This document shows positions 38,182-50,706 of a stretch of 64,000 nt of DNA, piece by piece. Both the position numbers and the translations under genes were made by a program. Below the pieces are notes generated by a model. It made no database searches. It saw only the letters and a list, made by a program, of their open reading frames with translations, and was not told the origin of the DNA. Position 1 is the stretch's first letter; each line of letters opens with the position of its first letter. The stretch is from Selaginella moellendorffii (taxonomy: Eukaryota; Plantae; Lycopodiophyta), in the NCBI RefSeq assembly GCF_000143415.4, contig NW_003314284.1:1-64000 (forward strand), read 5' to 3'.

Positions 38182-39581
38182 ATGGAAGATGCATTGGATC
38201 TGTGGAGCTCAGAAGTAAGAATAGAAGAGGCGTTGGGCCATCCCATAACATTCCCAATGCGAGAGGTGTTAGATGTTGGTAAAGCTATTGGTGGTTTCAG
38301 AGACATCTTTTACAGAAATTATTTGTATGCTGAGCTTTCTGATGATCTCTACTCCATTCTTTTGCTGCTCTACATTGGAAAATTGGTAAGAGTTTTATTT
38401 ATTCTTACCCTGTTTATTAAATCATTATTCCCTAGCAACGCGATGTGCAACTCAACCTTGGCTTGGATAATGATGAAGCGGATCAAGTCACCAAAGTTGT
38501 GGATTTACTTTATAAAGGTTCCCTAGATGCAGCTCAACATTGGCTCCAAACAGGTAGATACATTACATAAATTCATCTCAAGTAACTCTTTCTTCTTCCA
38601 GGCCAAAATCGCATCCAGGCTTTGGCAAACTCGGAAGCATTTTATGTCCCACCCGAGTTAGGAAATGTTCCCAACAACCTCAAATTCCTTAAGAGACCAG
38701 GATTTTACCGAGAGCTTGCTGATAATTCTCAATTCACGGATTTTGTGTTCCCTCCTTTGACTTCCCAGGTAAGACTAGGTTTCGCCTGCAGATCATTCTG
38801 AATTGGTGGATTTTGTGTTGACACGCCAGGAAATGGCAGACCTCCTCCATTGTCTTCATGGAGTTGATAGAGATACCAAGAGGGAAACTCTCCTTTGCAA
38901 GTTATGCCGACCGCACCCATTCCTTAGTCACCAGGAGAACGTGAGACTCCTAGTGCAGCATGCTAGGCTGTGGCTGCTGCGCTCTCCAATTGAAGTATGC
39001 TTTGCATCGCATGTTACCTGTGAGTAATCTTTCCTATCCAAACTTTTGCTGCTAACTGACCAGAATCTCAACAGATGCGGATTTGCGAGATGGCGTTGAT
39101 TGCAGCTTCAGTTGCTGCAAGGGCACCACAACAGGCGAGATCTATGAGAGGCCTCTAAAGGAGGAGGTGTGTCGAAGGCTGGATACAAGTCCGCCACCCC
39201 CGCCGTCGGCTGTGGAGTATACTATGCGACAGAGTGAAATTGCTGCACGGTATTTCGTCTTGATGCACCCCGAGTGGAGATATTGCCGTGAATCCCCACA
39301 AGGCAAGTGAGCAGCTCTTTGTTCAATTTGTTTGCGTGTGTTTTTTAAGTGTGTTTTTGATGTGGCTAGATTACCCAGACGCGCCCACACCATACAAGCA
39401 GCTGCTAAGGATCCAAGAGGCGTATTGGATCACTGAAAAGGAAGAGCCTCGGGGCAGGAATCACCATATGAGTGTCGTCAGCGCGATGAACGAAGATGAC
39501 CCTGACTGGCCTCATGAGCAGTGGGAACAGTGGCGACAGACCGAATCTCCGGCCATGTATGCGTTGCTTACCAGGGAATGA
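38182..39581 (+). CDS. Orphan 6-exon gene, predicted 372 aa, no recognised domain
   Basis: Exons 38182-38385, 38436-38553, 38602-38768, 38830-39019, 39075-39302 and 39370-39581 join into a 1119-nt open frame (last intron GC-AG). TATA-like CTATAAAT and a telo-box lie upstream. Confidence 0.6.
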
Positions 39582-40348
39582 ATGTATAATCTAATTGTTG
39601 AAACGATCTCTCAGCTTAATCTTGTCATGAATTTTCTCCCACTCCCGGAGATCGGACCGAGCATCGCCCGTGCGGCGCTCTACCCCAGGACATCAAGAAG
39701 GCATGGAGGCGGCGGGCTCCTCAAAGACGGAGGATGGCAAAGAGGACAAGCCTAGAGAGCTTATAATGGATTCAACTCATTTGTAGAGGCTAGAGCCAGG
39801 AACCATTTGTTTCTTTGGACTTCCATTCCAGCAGCATTATAAGTGGTCATTTCCATGACCAATTAGTCCTCCCTCTATCGCGTGGAGGTGACCTCCTCTT
39901 TTTTTTTTTGGTCCCTTCTCCAACCTTGCCATCGTTGGCTTCACTTTCTACTTCGTTGGCTCCATTTTCTACTCCCGATTCATCTAGTTTCCTGTTCCAC
40001 TATCAGTAATTCAGTGCTCACCGGCATTTTTTGTTGTCCTAGCGTTCACGGGAGTTCTTGGCGATCCACTGGAAGGTTTTGCCGCAGAGATTGTCCCAAA
40101 CGTAACAAAAGCCTGCTGTGATGCCCATGAATCAAGGACTGGAAAATCTCTGAGATGGTGAATGTCCTTGACCAGCACGGCTCTTACTACCAGAGATGAA
40201 GGCGATGAAAATATACCGTTGATCACAGTCCGTCCTAACCGTTGGATTAGATAAACATGAGGCAAAAGACCCTTAATACGAATATGCTACGAATGAAATC
40301 TGAGTCACTTTTGAATTACAAGACTCTAGGTTATTGCGAAGAGCGGAG

Positions 40349-41560
40349 ATGAAGGTTGGAGATGGCTCCTGCGTCCTCATCACTGGCGCTGGATCCGGCA
40401 TTGGTACATCTCTTGTTGAAGAAAAGAATTTCTTGGCTGGAAAGATTTTAGATCGACTCGATCGAAGCGTTTACTTCGTGTTTGTGGCTCTTCCAGGGAG
40501 GGCGCTGGCGCTGGACCTTGCGAGACTCGGTGCCAGCATCACAATTGTGGATCTGTCACGTGAGAATGGGCTGCGAACGCTGAGCTTGGTGAGAGAGGAG
40601 CAGCAGAAGCTGATGAACCCTCCCTCTGCCATTTTCGTCGAGTGCGATGTCTGCGATCCAGGTGAGGGATCGTCGGCATGACTTTTTGTATGATGTTTAA
40701 TTTCTCCTGTTCTATCCCAGCCCAAGTCGCAAAGGCGTTCAAGGAGCACAACGCAACCTTCGCGAGGCTGGACGCGTGCGTCAACTGTGCGGGGATCTCC
40801 GAGCAGGGCGACTTCGTGAGTGATGCGAAATGGCGCAAGGTCTTGAGCGTGAACCTCATGGCAGCCATTGAATGCACGATCCAAGCAGTAAGTCTCAATC
40901 CTCGAAGAGATTTCCAATACAACTTAAGGTACTTAATGTAACCATCTCTGGATCGTTTGAACAGATCCAAGCTATGAGGTCCCAGGACAGTCCCGGAGGA
41001 GCCATTGTCAATCTTGCTTCGGCTGCGGGACTCTTTCCTGTCCCTTTGTATCCGATCTACGCTGCATCCAAAGGTAATGGTCGTTTCTTTTTCTCCAGGT
41101 CCCTTTGTTAAGTTGTGTTTCTTTCTTTTCTTCTTTTGGACGATCAAAGGTGGACTGGTACAGTTCACAAGGTCGCTCGTGGAACTACAGAGCGAAGGAA
41201 TTCGAGCAAACGTCCTGTGTCCCGGGGTTTGTAGTTCATCCATTTTGCTTTCTTTCTCTTGGCAGGATAGAGCGAACTTGACACGAAATATTGCTGATGT
41301 TTCAGTTCACTGAAACGCCCATGACTGACATTGTCCCCAAGGAGATGATCGCTGCGACTGGTGGATTCATACCAATGGAAAAGATAATCCAAGGTAACTT
41401 ATCTTTCCTTTCAATGTTTGTCACGTTTTTCGTTCTCTTTGCCATGTTCCCAGCGATACTGGAGCTGATTGTGGACGAGAAGCAAGCCGGCGCATGCCTG
41501 TGGGTCTCCAATATGAACGGTTCCCTCTACTGGCCCTGCGATCTGAGCAAGCTCGGATGA
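40349..41560 (+). CDS. Short-chain dehydrogenase/reductase (15-PGDH-like), multi-exon
   Basis: VLITGAGSGIG, CDV, LDACVNCAGI, IVNLASAAG, YAASK, GIRANVLCP. Confidence 0.92.
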
Positions 41561-41868
41561 AAGCAGCGTCTGACAAATCGACTTGGTGTTCCTTTGTTTA
41601 CATAGAATGAGCGCTGTGATTTGATAGTAACTTAGCTGTCTCGTAGCGACGCTTGAACTTCTTCTCCCTGCTACAAATCTGATAAGCTCGAGTCGAGAGC
41701 TGCCAAGTCGCCGTGTGATCTATATGATATGACATTCAGCTACGAAACTTCGCCTGAAAAATTCATTTTACACCTGTCCAGGCTGATGAGTGATCTCTCC
41801 CGACGCTTGGATGAAGAGTGAAAGCCTAGGACTGAAGGAAGTGAAACAAGTACTCCTTATTTGTTTCA

Positions 41869-41958
41869 CTCGGGATTTAGCTGCTCGGTCTCCTTGCCAT
41901 ACCAGGGGATTTAGCCTCCTTGCCATACCGGAGGACAGACTCGGGATTTGGCTGCTTA
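41869..41958. repeat. Cluster of short direct repeats
   Basis: ctcgggattt(a/g)gctgct x2 and ctccttgccatacc x2, interleaved. Confidence 0.7.
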
Positions 41959-42227
41959 CATGAAAGACTTTTGTATATACTAGAAGGATCTCAGTTTGGT
42001 CCCAATCCAGAAATATCTCTTGCTTCGTCAGAATTCTGAAAATCCTAATCGATCAATGAGGCAATGCGACCGTGTAGGTGAGGAATTTCTTGCTCCCGAT
42101 CGAGGATTTCCAGAATATCTCGTCTCGGTTTTCCTGTAGAAGGATGTCACTAGAGCGCTGCAGCGAGAAAAACCTTTTTATATACCCTTTCCCTCCAACC
42201 CTCAAACCTGTGAGCTGTCACCCGTCA

Positions 42228-43245
42228 ATGATCCATTGCCGCCAGCCCTCTGGTGGCGCTCAAAGCTCCTGAATCTTCCAACGTCGCTGGGCCGCTTGGG
42301 CCATTACAAGTCTCAGCAGCGGTTAATGATCCAGCACCAAGATTATCTCGACCATGAGCACGATCTATGGCTCATCCAGGAGTTAGTGCTCGAGAGGCTC
42401 CCCCTCTCGTCGCTCATGAACAGTCCGGGCGGTGTCCAGGGCGTGGAATGCTACGCTGTCCGTCGACTGCCCCCGTGTCCCTGCCAGGCCAGCTCATCGC
42501 GTATGACACGCGGGACGGGAGCTGGGCATGGCTGCCCGAATCTTGCTCTCTGCCTAGATCCTCCGGCTTGGTTGGGGCAGCCGGCGGAAAGCTCGTGTGC
42601 GCGACGACCGACTGCCCGGGCAGGCTGTTGGTTTGACCGTAAGTGGGATGAGGTAGTGTTTCCATATAGGTGGCACTCCACGACGCCCTTGCCACGTCAA
42701 GACCAGATCATCAGCGTCAGCGGCGACGGCGAATTTGTGGTCTACGAAGACAAGGGCGAGGCAGGTCAGTGGTTGACGTGGGAACCCGTCGCCAATTACA
42801 AGGGTTCTCCCGTAGTTCACTTTGTCGACACGCTCTACCACAACGAGAACGTTGACATTTGGATTGTGTCGTACTCTTTAAGCGACCAGACGACCGTGGC
42901 CAGACCAGGTGACATTCCCAGCTTTGTGGGACTGGGAGGGATGATCCAGTGCGGTGGTCAACTATGGACGTGGAATGCCTGGACTACTTTGGCTGTTCAG
43001 TGGCGGCCGCAGACGTACACCGTGGGAGTATGGCGCTTTGTGGCCGAGAGTAACAAATGCCAAGTGGTGACTACGGAAGAACGGGTTTTGCTGCGATGGT
43101 GGCGACACTTTGTGGGCGGTGCTGGTTGACGAGGAAGGCATGGTAGAAAACCTGGTGAGCTGTAGTATCAGCAGCAAGGAGTGGACTTTTCACTCGGCTG
43201 CTTGTAGTTTTCCAGTGAGTGCTTGTTTCTGGACACTTCCATGAC
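42228..43245 (+). pseudogene. F-box pseudogene, paralog of 32830-34101
   Basis: Colinear nucleotide similarity to the intact copy (e.g. gtgctcgagaggctccccctctcgtcgctcatga; gacattcccagctttgtggga), with multiple deletions and frameshifts. Confidence 0.92.
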
Positions 43246-43401
43246 ATGTCCAAGTCCATAGCTAACTATGGATTTGTAATGGAAGTTACAATAACAACGA
43301 AATGCTCTACATAGAAACAAATGGAATAGAAGAGATACAAAAATGGAGGAACCTTTATCACTCCTTGACTACTACTTAGAGAGCTCTGGGAACGAGATCT
43401 T

Positions 43402-44624
43402 CTATCCCATGACGCACGATTCATATGTGGGAACCATGTACTTGATGTTGATGAAGGCGTCCTCGCCGCCGTGCGTTTCGAAGAGCTCCAGAGTTTTCTC
43501 CACCAGTTCGCCCATGCAGTTCTTCTTTTGCTGGCCGTAGTCGATGTGGCCTCCCAAGTTTTTCACGTTGTTTTTGAAGATGTTGAGGATCGGGAGGAGC
43601 TGGCGGTAGTATGGGACGAGGGACTGGCCGATCAATTCCTCGGATACGACGAGTTTGCATAGCAACTGCGAGCAAACAAACAAGGAATTAGCTGCGAAAG
43701 AGAAAGATCACAAGAACATGACGATACCTGGAGAGCTATGGTGATAACTCCCGGATCTCTGGTGTTGAGAGCTGTTTTGATCGGAATTATGAGCTGCGGA
43801 ACACACGCGAGGATTTTACCTTGTCCGGTCTGTTCAAGCGATGGTGGTTAGATTAGAAAAGCCATGAAGCAAACATCTAAGAACCTTGAGAAGATCTTCG
43901 GACCCCTTGACGGCAATGAACCGGTATGGGTCTTCCTTCTCCCGAATTCCTTCGAAAAAGATGGGAAGGTAGTGGTGATAGTCAAGCTTTTTTACATCCG
44001 TTTTCCACAAGAGCGCAATCTTTGCAGTGCTGTGATCCACTTGGATCGGCAAATCTCCTCGCTCGTAGAGTTTTCTAAACTGTCGAGAAGAGGCAATGTT
44101 TGAGCCCGCAAGAAGAAGAACAAGGCAAAACTCACGAGACTGTTTGGTGGATTATCCCGTTTCCTGAAAGCCATCGCACAGGGTGGCTCGGCTTTCGGGA
44201 CAGGCTTCGTGAGCTCCCCTCTTCGAAGCTTTTCGCCATCTCCTTTTCTCGTAAAGTCACAAGGATACTTCCTTGGAATGCGATGCCTGAGAGAAACAAA
44301 GAGTTTCAGAGAGATTCCTTCTAAGTTTGTATGGAAGCTTTGTTTTACCTGTATTCCCCGGTAGCTGCCCAGTATGGGAGTTCCTTCTCCGTTAGAAGTA
44401 TTGGTTCGTGACGCCCAGCTCTTCTATGATACTAATTTGGAACAAAAATCGTAACAACAAAAGAAGAAGGATCAATTGAGAGATTTTCCACTCACCGGCA
44501 CAGGAAGGGTTCGATCGAATGGCGTGAGTGAATACTTCGTCTTCTTCAATCCTGGCTTTCCATTGAGCTTGATATCGGCATACTCAAACGCGAAGAGCGA
44601 TCCAGCAATGTCGTCCGAGGCCAT
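43402..44624 (-). CDS. PACRG: PACRG, axonemal inner-junction protein, multi-exon
   Basis: [93 protein letters not shown]. Confidence 0.95.
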
Positions 44625-44980
44625 GCTACAATCCTAGAAACTTTCTCTATTCTCTCCTAGGATCTACTCGCTGGACCAGAAATTCATGGCCGTCCAGGGT
44701 ATGATGAAGATCAGCAGTAAAAGCTCGATGAAATGCCGGTGATCCTGTCCCTGCGGTTCCATTCCCTAGCTAGATCCACAGGGAAACGCTCCCCCAGCTT
44801 CTATCTCGTGTTCTTCCCAATTGCCAGGAATTTTTTTGACCTAGTTCCGCGCGCGCCGATGCCACGTCATTCGGCGCCTTGGGCCGGCTGAATCACATGA
44901 CGCCATATGGCCACATTTTTTTTACCCTTTCCGACGTGGCAAGGGTTTTAGGTTTTAGGCTTTTAGGGTTCTACCGCGCC
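44625..44980. promoter_or_regulatory. 356-bp bidirectional intergenic region (PACRG / AAA ATPase) with G-box/ABRE-like and telo-like motifs
   Basis: Divergent ATGs at 44624 and 44981; GCCACGT (~44861), ACGTGGC (~44934), TTAGGGTT (~44963). Confidence 0.6.
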
Positions 44981-47900
44981 ATGGTCAGGAAGCGCTCGTC
45001 AATCGCGTCTTCACCGCCAGTTCCTGCCTCGCCTGGTGGCGATCAAGCGGAGGAATCGGCTCGAGCTACAGTTTCCGGTGACAGGTGTGATCTTCTTGCG
45101 AGGAATGCGTACAGAGGCGTCGTTTCGTCCGCATTTGCGAGTGGATCGTCCGCCATTGTGTGGATGTCCGATGCGGCGATGCTCGAGGCTTCGATCTCGG
45201 TGTCGCAGCTCGTCTCGGTGAGAATTATAATCCTTTTGCGTTCCCGCAATCTCATTGCGAATGTGAACAGGTCGCGGTGTCGCCTCGATCGGCGGATTCT
45301 GGAGAGCCACATTCGTTGGAATTACTTTGCAATGCGAGCTGTGCGTCGCAAGAGCAAGCCGGAGGAGTGTTCGCGGTTGGAGCTGTATGGCCTTCCAAAA
45401 CGGTAAAGTTACGTGATCTTCTTACCATATAGCCTTCTAAGTCTCTGGTCTTCTTCTTTCCAGCTTGTCAAGAACAACGTTCGTCTTTCATCGCATCTTT
45501 CTCAAACGCTTGGCTGCCCGGCTCTCGGCTCAGTTCTCTTGATCAGTTCTCTACGAGCTACATGCCGCTCCCGTGACATCGCCAACCTTTTGCATTTGCC
45601 ACGCTCTGGTGAAGGAGAATGCGTTGCAGCTATCCAAGAGTGTAAGCATCTCTCTCTTCAAATATGCCAAGGATCTTTTAGCTTTGCATTAGAACACTCG
45701 GAGTTGGAGAGGGAGTCAGCGGCTCCCAGTTCTCCATTCAAAGTTTCTCCGTTCAAGGGATCTCCTTTGAAGACTCCGCCTCCTGCGAAGTCTACAACCG
45801 GGATCAGAGAGATAAGCAGTGCAGCAGCAAGGAGTTACTTGACAGGTGGATCATCGAAGATGAAGGAAGTTATTGAAAAGCTGGCAGCTCGTTGGCTATC
45901 CGGGAGGCTTCTACTTGTGGGAAATATGGTTACTGTGCCGGTTTGTGGGAGTGACTGTGTCTTTCACGTAAAGGCGGCAGAGAGCTTGACTTCTCAAGAG
46001 CTAGATTTGAGCGAGAAGCTCCAAGGTTTGTCACTGCAAGCGAACAACCCAGGCGGGATTCTTTACTTTACGAATCACAAGACGACTGTTAACATTGAAC
46101 TGGACGAGGAAAGCGTTTTGAAAGAGTCTGATACGGTGGAAACCAGAACTCGGCTTTTCACGGAAACTACGTCATCCTATTCTTCGCTTGGTGGATTAGC
46201 GGAGGAGATTGAAACTCTCAAGGAAATTGTGCAGTATTCTTTGCTCAAGCCAGAAACGTTGGCGAGGTATGTGTTGCTGTTTCACATTGTTTTGAAATGG
46301 TACTGAAATTTTTCCAGGTACTGTTTAAAGAGAACGAAAGGAGTACTTTTGTATGGACCTCCAGGAACTGGAAAGACTTCCCTTGCGCAAGCTGTTGCAA
46401 AGGAAGCAGGCGTAAAAATGCTCGTAATCAATGGTCCTGAAATAGTGACTGAGTACCACGGCGAAAGCGAAGCGGCAATGAAAGCCATCTTTGATTCAGC
46501 TGCCCGGGAAGCACCTTCAGTGGTAAGGCTCCTTACTGGTTTCTTATGTTTTCCATTAACGTAGCTTTCTAAAGGTTTTTATAGACGAACTGGATGCAAT
46601 CACGCCACAACGTAGAGAAGGCAGTGAAGGACTTGGACAACGCTTGATGGCCACTCTTCTCACGTCTATGGATGGCGTGCACCAGAACGGTGTTCTTGTT
46701 ATTGCCGCAACAAACCGTCCAGAGAGTATAGATCCGGCTTTGAGGCGTCATGGGAGATTTGATTACGAGATCGAAATCGGTAATATTGAAATGAAAATTT
46801 ATTTGCTCCTCTAACCGGGATCAAGCAGGTGTACCAACGCCTAAAGGCCGACTTGAAATCTTACAAGTCCATCTTTCGAGACTCAAACACACGCTAAGCA
46901 GTGAAGATGTGCAGGCCCTTGCCAGTGCAACACACGGTTTTGTTGGTGCTGATTTAAGTGCACTTTGCAACGAGGCAGCACTTGGCGCATTGCGTCGTCA
47001 TGTCCATTCGAAAACTGAATCTGCATCGTCACTCAGCGTTGGAAGAGAGGACTTCGAGCTGGCCAGGGAAAAGATCAGACCAAGTGCAATGAGAGAAGTA
47101 TTTATATGCTTGTTTTGATCAACTTTCAGGCTCATTTCAGCTTTGTTGACAGGTCATCCTTGAGGTCCCTAAAGTTCGCTGGAGTGACATCGGTGGACAA
47201 AGTGCCGTAAAGCAACAGCTTAAGGAAATTGTGGAATGGCCTCACAAGCACCAAGACTCTTTCGCCCGGATAGGAACCACACCGCCAAGAGGAGTTCTGC
47301 TCTACGGGCCTCCAGGGTGTAGCAAGACAATGATGGCTCGTGCAGTGGCAGCAGAGACCGGACTAAATTTTATTGCTGTCAAAGGGCCCGAACTCTTCAG
47401 CAAATGGGTTGGAGAGTCCGAAAAAGCTGTGCGAGCACTGTTTGCCCGGGCCAAGGCTGCTGCACCGTCGGTTGTTTTCTTCGACGAGATTGACGGTTTG
47501 GCTGTCACCAGAAGCTCCGGAGGTGGCGGAACTGATGGCATATCTGTCGAAGACCGTGTCATGAGCCAGTTATTGATCGAGATGGATGGTAAATCGGTTG
47601 CTGCTGTTGCATGCTGCCATCTTTTCTCATCTGACTTTGAGCGTTATATGCAGGAGTGTCTCCGCGGAATGGAGTCTCAGTGATTGCTGCCACGAACAGG
47701 CCAGATAAGCTTGATCCCGCGCTTCTCCGTCCTGGTACTAAATTGTTTCTTGCTTTTTCATTTTTCCTAGTTGTCCTCTGCAGGAAGATTTGATCGGCTT
47801 ATTTACGTTGGTCCTCCAGATAAAGCAGCCAGGCAGCAAATATTTGAGATTCACATGAAGAACACCCCGTGCAAGGCCGATGTCTCAGTTGATGTCTTGG

Positions 47901-48139
47901 CTTCTTACACGGAAAGTTACACTGGAGCGGATATTGCTGCTGTTTGTCGAGAAGCTGCACTGGCTGCTTTGGAGGTTAGTATGCCCTGAAGCAGTCTTGA
48001 TTGTAAAATTTCGTGTAACCCAACGTTTCAGGACGATTTGGACTCCGTAGCAGTGGGCGCCTCGCATTTTGACGTTGCCTTGACGAGAGTCCTACCAAGC
48101 AAGTATAGTACGAGATTCGGCAAGTTTCAAACGAGGTAG
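44981..48139 (+). CDS. CIP111: Double-ring AAA+ ATPase, CIP111 / AFG2(SPATA5)-like, multi-exon
   Basis: Two AAA modules: [13 protein letters not shown]...FIDELDAI...[17 protein letters not shown], and [13 protein letters not shown]...[18 protein letters not shown]...[27 protein letters not shown] linker. Confidence 0.9.
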
Positions 48140-49824
48140 TGTGGTGTGTTTCACTTATGGTGTTTAGCGACGCAGTTCATGTAAAAGAAGTCAATGTCTA
48201 GAGGGTATCTTTATATTGTCAAAAATATAATAATAATAATGTAAATTACATGATTGCTGTTTATTATAATTAATATAAATATTATTTTAATAACATATTG
48301 TGAGTGTATTGAATATGGAAATGGAATACAGAAATGTGCATATTAATTAGCTCAAAATATATTAGTTTATAAATAGGAGTGCATGGTCTGGATTGAAATC
48401 AATTTGATAACTATCAAAATCTCACTATGCTAATATTAATATATAACATTGTAATTATACACTTGGACCTCACAATATTTTTATTTTGACAATATTTATT
48501 ATTAGTAGTATGCTTCTATAGTATAGTACTTGAATTAATAGATATCTATATCATTTTTCTTTGACATTAAATTTCAGCATATTACTGTTTAGTCATATTC
48601 AAGTAGTCATACAGTCTATAATTTCATCATATGAGTTTAATATTTGAGTCTTATGAAAGAAAATTGAAAAGTAATTATTAGTTGTTTTGCAACTAATGAT
48701 TTATTTAATGTTGCTCATTATTTTGCATCTAACTTGGAGGTATTTATATACTCACATTAGGCCATTAGTATATATCTTGAAATTACACCAAACTCTATTT
48801 GGCTTTATTTTGCACACCAATTTTAGTGTCAGAATCTAGAATGTTTTGGGATTGCTATAGGGTTCCTATGCCTTTATTCCTCAATTTATACACTAGGAGT
48901 GTGGCTCCATCTTTTCATCTAATGCCTAAAGCTTTTGTTCCACTCTTTTGTCTTTAACACTTGTGCTTAAGGATTTAGATTTGCTTTGTGGTCATCAAAA
49001 CCAAATTTGCTATAGTAAGAAGAGTCTTACTAATATAGGATTAATTTTTATTTATAAGTCTATTATAGAGTAGTATTTATATATTTGCATAATTTTGAAA
49101 TTATATCATAATTAATATTGGTATTTATCCTTCTATTGGATTTTTTAGGATTTGAGAATAGAAGGAGGTGTTTGTTCTTGCCTAAATTGCATTTCCTGAG
49201 AGCCATAATTTTTTTGTGCTTCAGGATCATTGCCTGCAATGGTGAGCAGCAATGCTGATTAAAAGAGTCTATGGCACCTCAAGAAACACTGAAGCTGTGA
49301 CAATGTTAAAGTTGTGAAGCTATTACTAAGTGTAAAACAAACATTTACCAAACATATAGCTTCTGTGTTCAATAATTCCACCTCTATGCTCTCTCTTACC
49401 ATTTCTTAGCATGAGATTCTTAGCTTAGTTCTTCACATAACCTTTGCTAATTGCATTTAGTGGGTAATTTTATTTTCATCTATAGGCAAAATTTCTAAAG
49501 AGTTTCACTTTTTATTCATGAGTAGGGCTCATTAAGAGCGATCTCAATATTTATAATAATAGAATGGCAAGTAGATTTTAAATGAGCCATATACAGTAAT
49601 CAATTATATAAAGTATTTAAAAACGAGTGTATGAAAACATAAGGTTTAAAACGGATCACTAAACAAATCCTTTATTAATTTATACGTTGTCTTATGGGGA
49701 GAGAGATTATGTGCACTCTTAAAAAAAACAAAGATTTCAAATTAAAAGCTACGATTAATAAATGACTTAAAATATAAGTTTTATTATTAATCCTATATAT
49801 TATTTAAACAATTAGATGGTTACT

Positions 49825-50706
49825 TTATTGAATACAACCTAGATATGAGTGTATATTTAATGCCCACCAAATATTAGTTTGAGCTAATGCATGGTAAATT
49901 ACTAAATTACAATCATTTTGAATAGTAAAATATGTAAATACAACACAATTAGATGGTTCATTACAATATTTATTAGATGACCATAATGTTTTTTTGGTTT
50001 CTGTATATAACACTAAATTACCATCATTTTGAAGATTAAGAAAGCAATAGTTATTATTGTATACTTTGTTAGGAGATTCCCATAAAAGATTCTTTCCAGA
50101 GAATAAAGCTAGTTTACAATTCAATTTTAGATATAAAATATTTCTACCATTTGATGAAGTTAAAAATTGACCTTTAAATAATAAATGATCTGAAAATCCT
50201 GCACTTAATGTGGTTTGACTAATTTGACAATTTTCATAATGACTATATTTTATATTTATATTTGTATAAACACTAAAAGGTTTCCATTCATTCACCAATG
50301 CATAACGAATAGAATACTTATTAGATATAATTTTACATTCATCAGACTTAGCATTAAATATATCATTTTTAACTTTTGTTAAAATATCATATAATGACCT
50401 TCGTAATGACCCTCCAAATATAGGTTTCTCTTTTGTACCTCCACTCGAACAAATTGGAGGATTTCCAACTAAACGTTGTATTCTGATCACAACACCTCCT
50501 CCATTAATATCTATTAAATTTGAATCAACAAAATTTGAATAAGGTTTCCATTCAGGTATTTTAGATAAAAGTTTTTTATATTCATTAAGAATAATATTTA
50601 TATCATTCTCAGTAAGTGTATTATTTCTTCCCCAATCTATATCTATTACTCCATAGATTAATTCCAGTTGAATAATGAAAATTATTATTTTATTAAATTT
50701 TTTCAT
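49825..50706 (-). CDS. Secreted protein: signal peptide + unknown ~150-aa domain + C-terminal bulb-type (GNA-like) mannose-binding lectin, 293 aa, intronless
   Basis: L..GQFLTS.NG, LLWES, and the QxDxNxVxY motif twice (QNDGNLVLY, QNDCNLVIY), TLWSS; N-terminal MKKFNKIIIFIIQLELIYG. Confidence 0.8.
   Translation of the reverse strand: MKKFNKIIIFIIQLELIYGVIDIDWGRNNTLTENDINIILNEYKKLLSKIPEWKPYSNFVDSNLIDINGGGVVIRIQRLVGNPPICSSGGTKEKPIFGGSLRRSLYDILTKVKNDIFNAKSDECKIISNKYSIRYALVNEWKPFSVYTNINIKYSHYENCQISQTTLSAGFSDHLLFKGQFLTSSNGRNILYLKLNCKLALFSGKNLLWESPNKVYNNNYCFLNLQNDGNLVLYTETKKTLWSSNKYCNEPSNCVVFTYFTIQNDCNLVIYHALAQTNIWWALNIHSYLGCIQ

Noticed and set aside
48213-48495. 12-bp inverted repeat atattgtcaaaa / ttttgacaatat at the island edge (possible MITE)
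   Set aside because: Short and AT-rich, so plausible by chance; no clear TSD.
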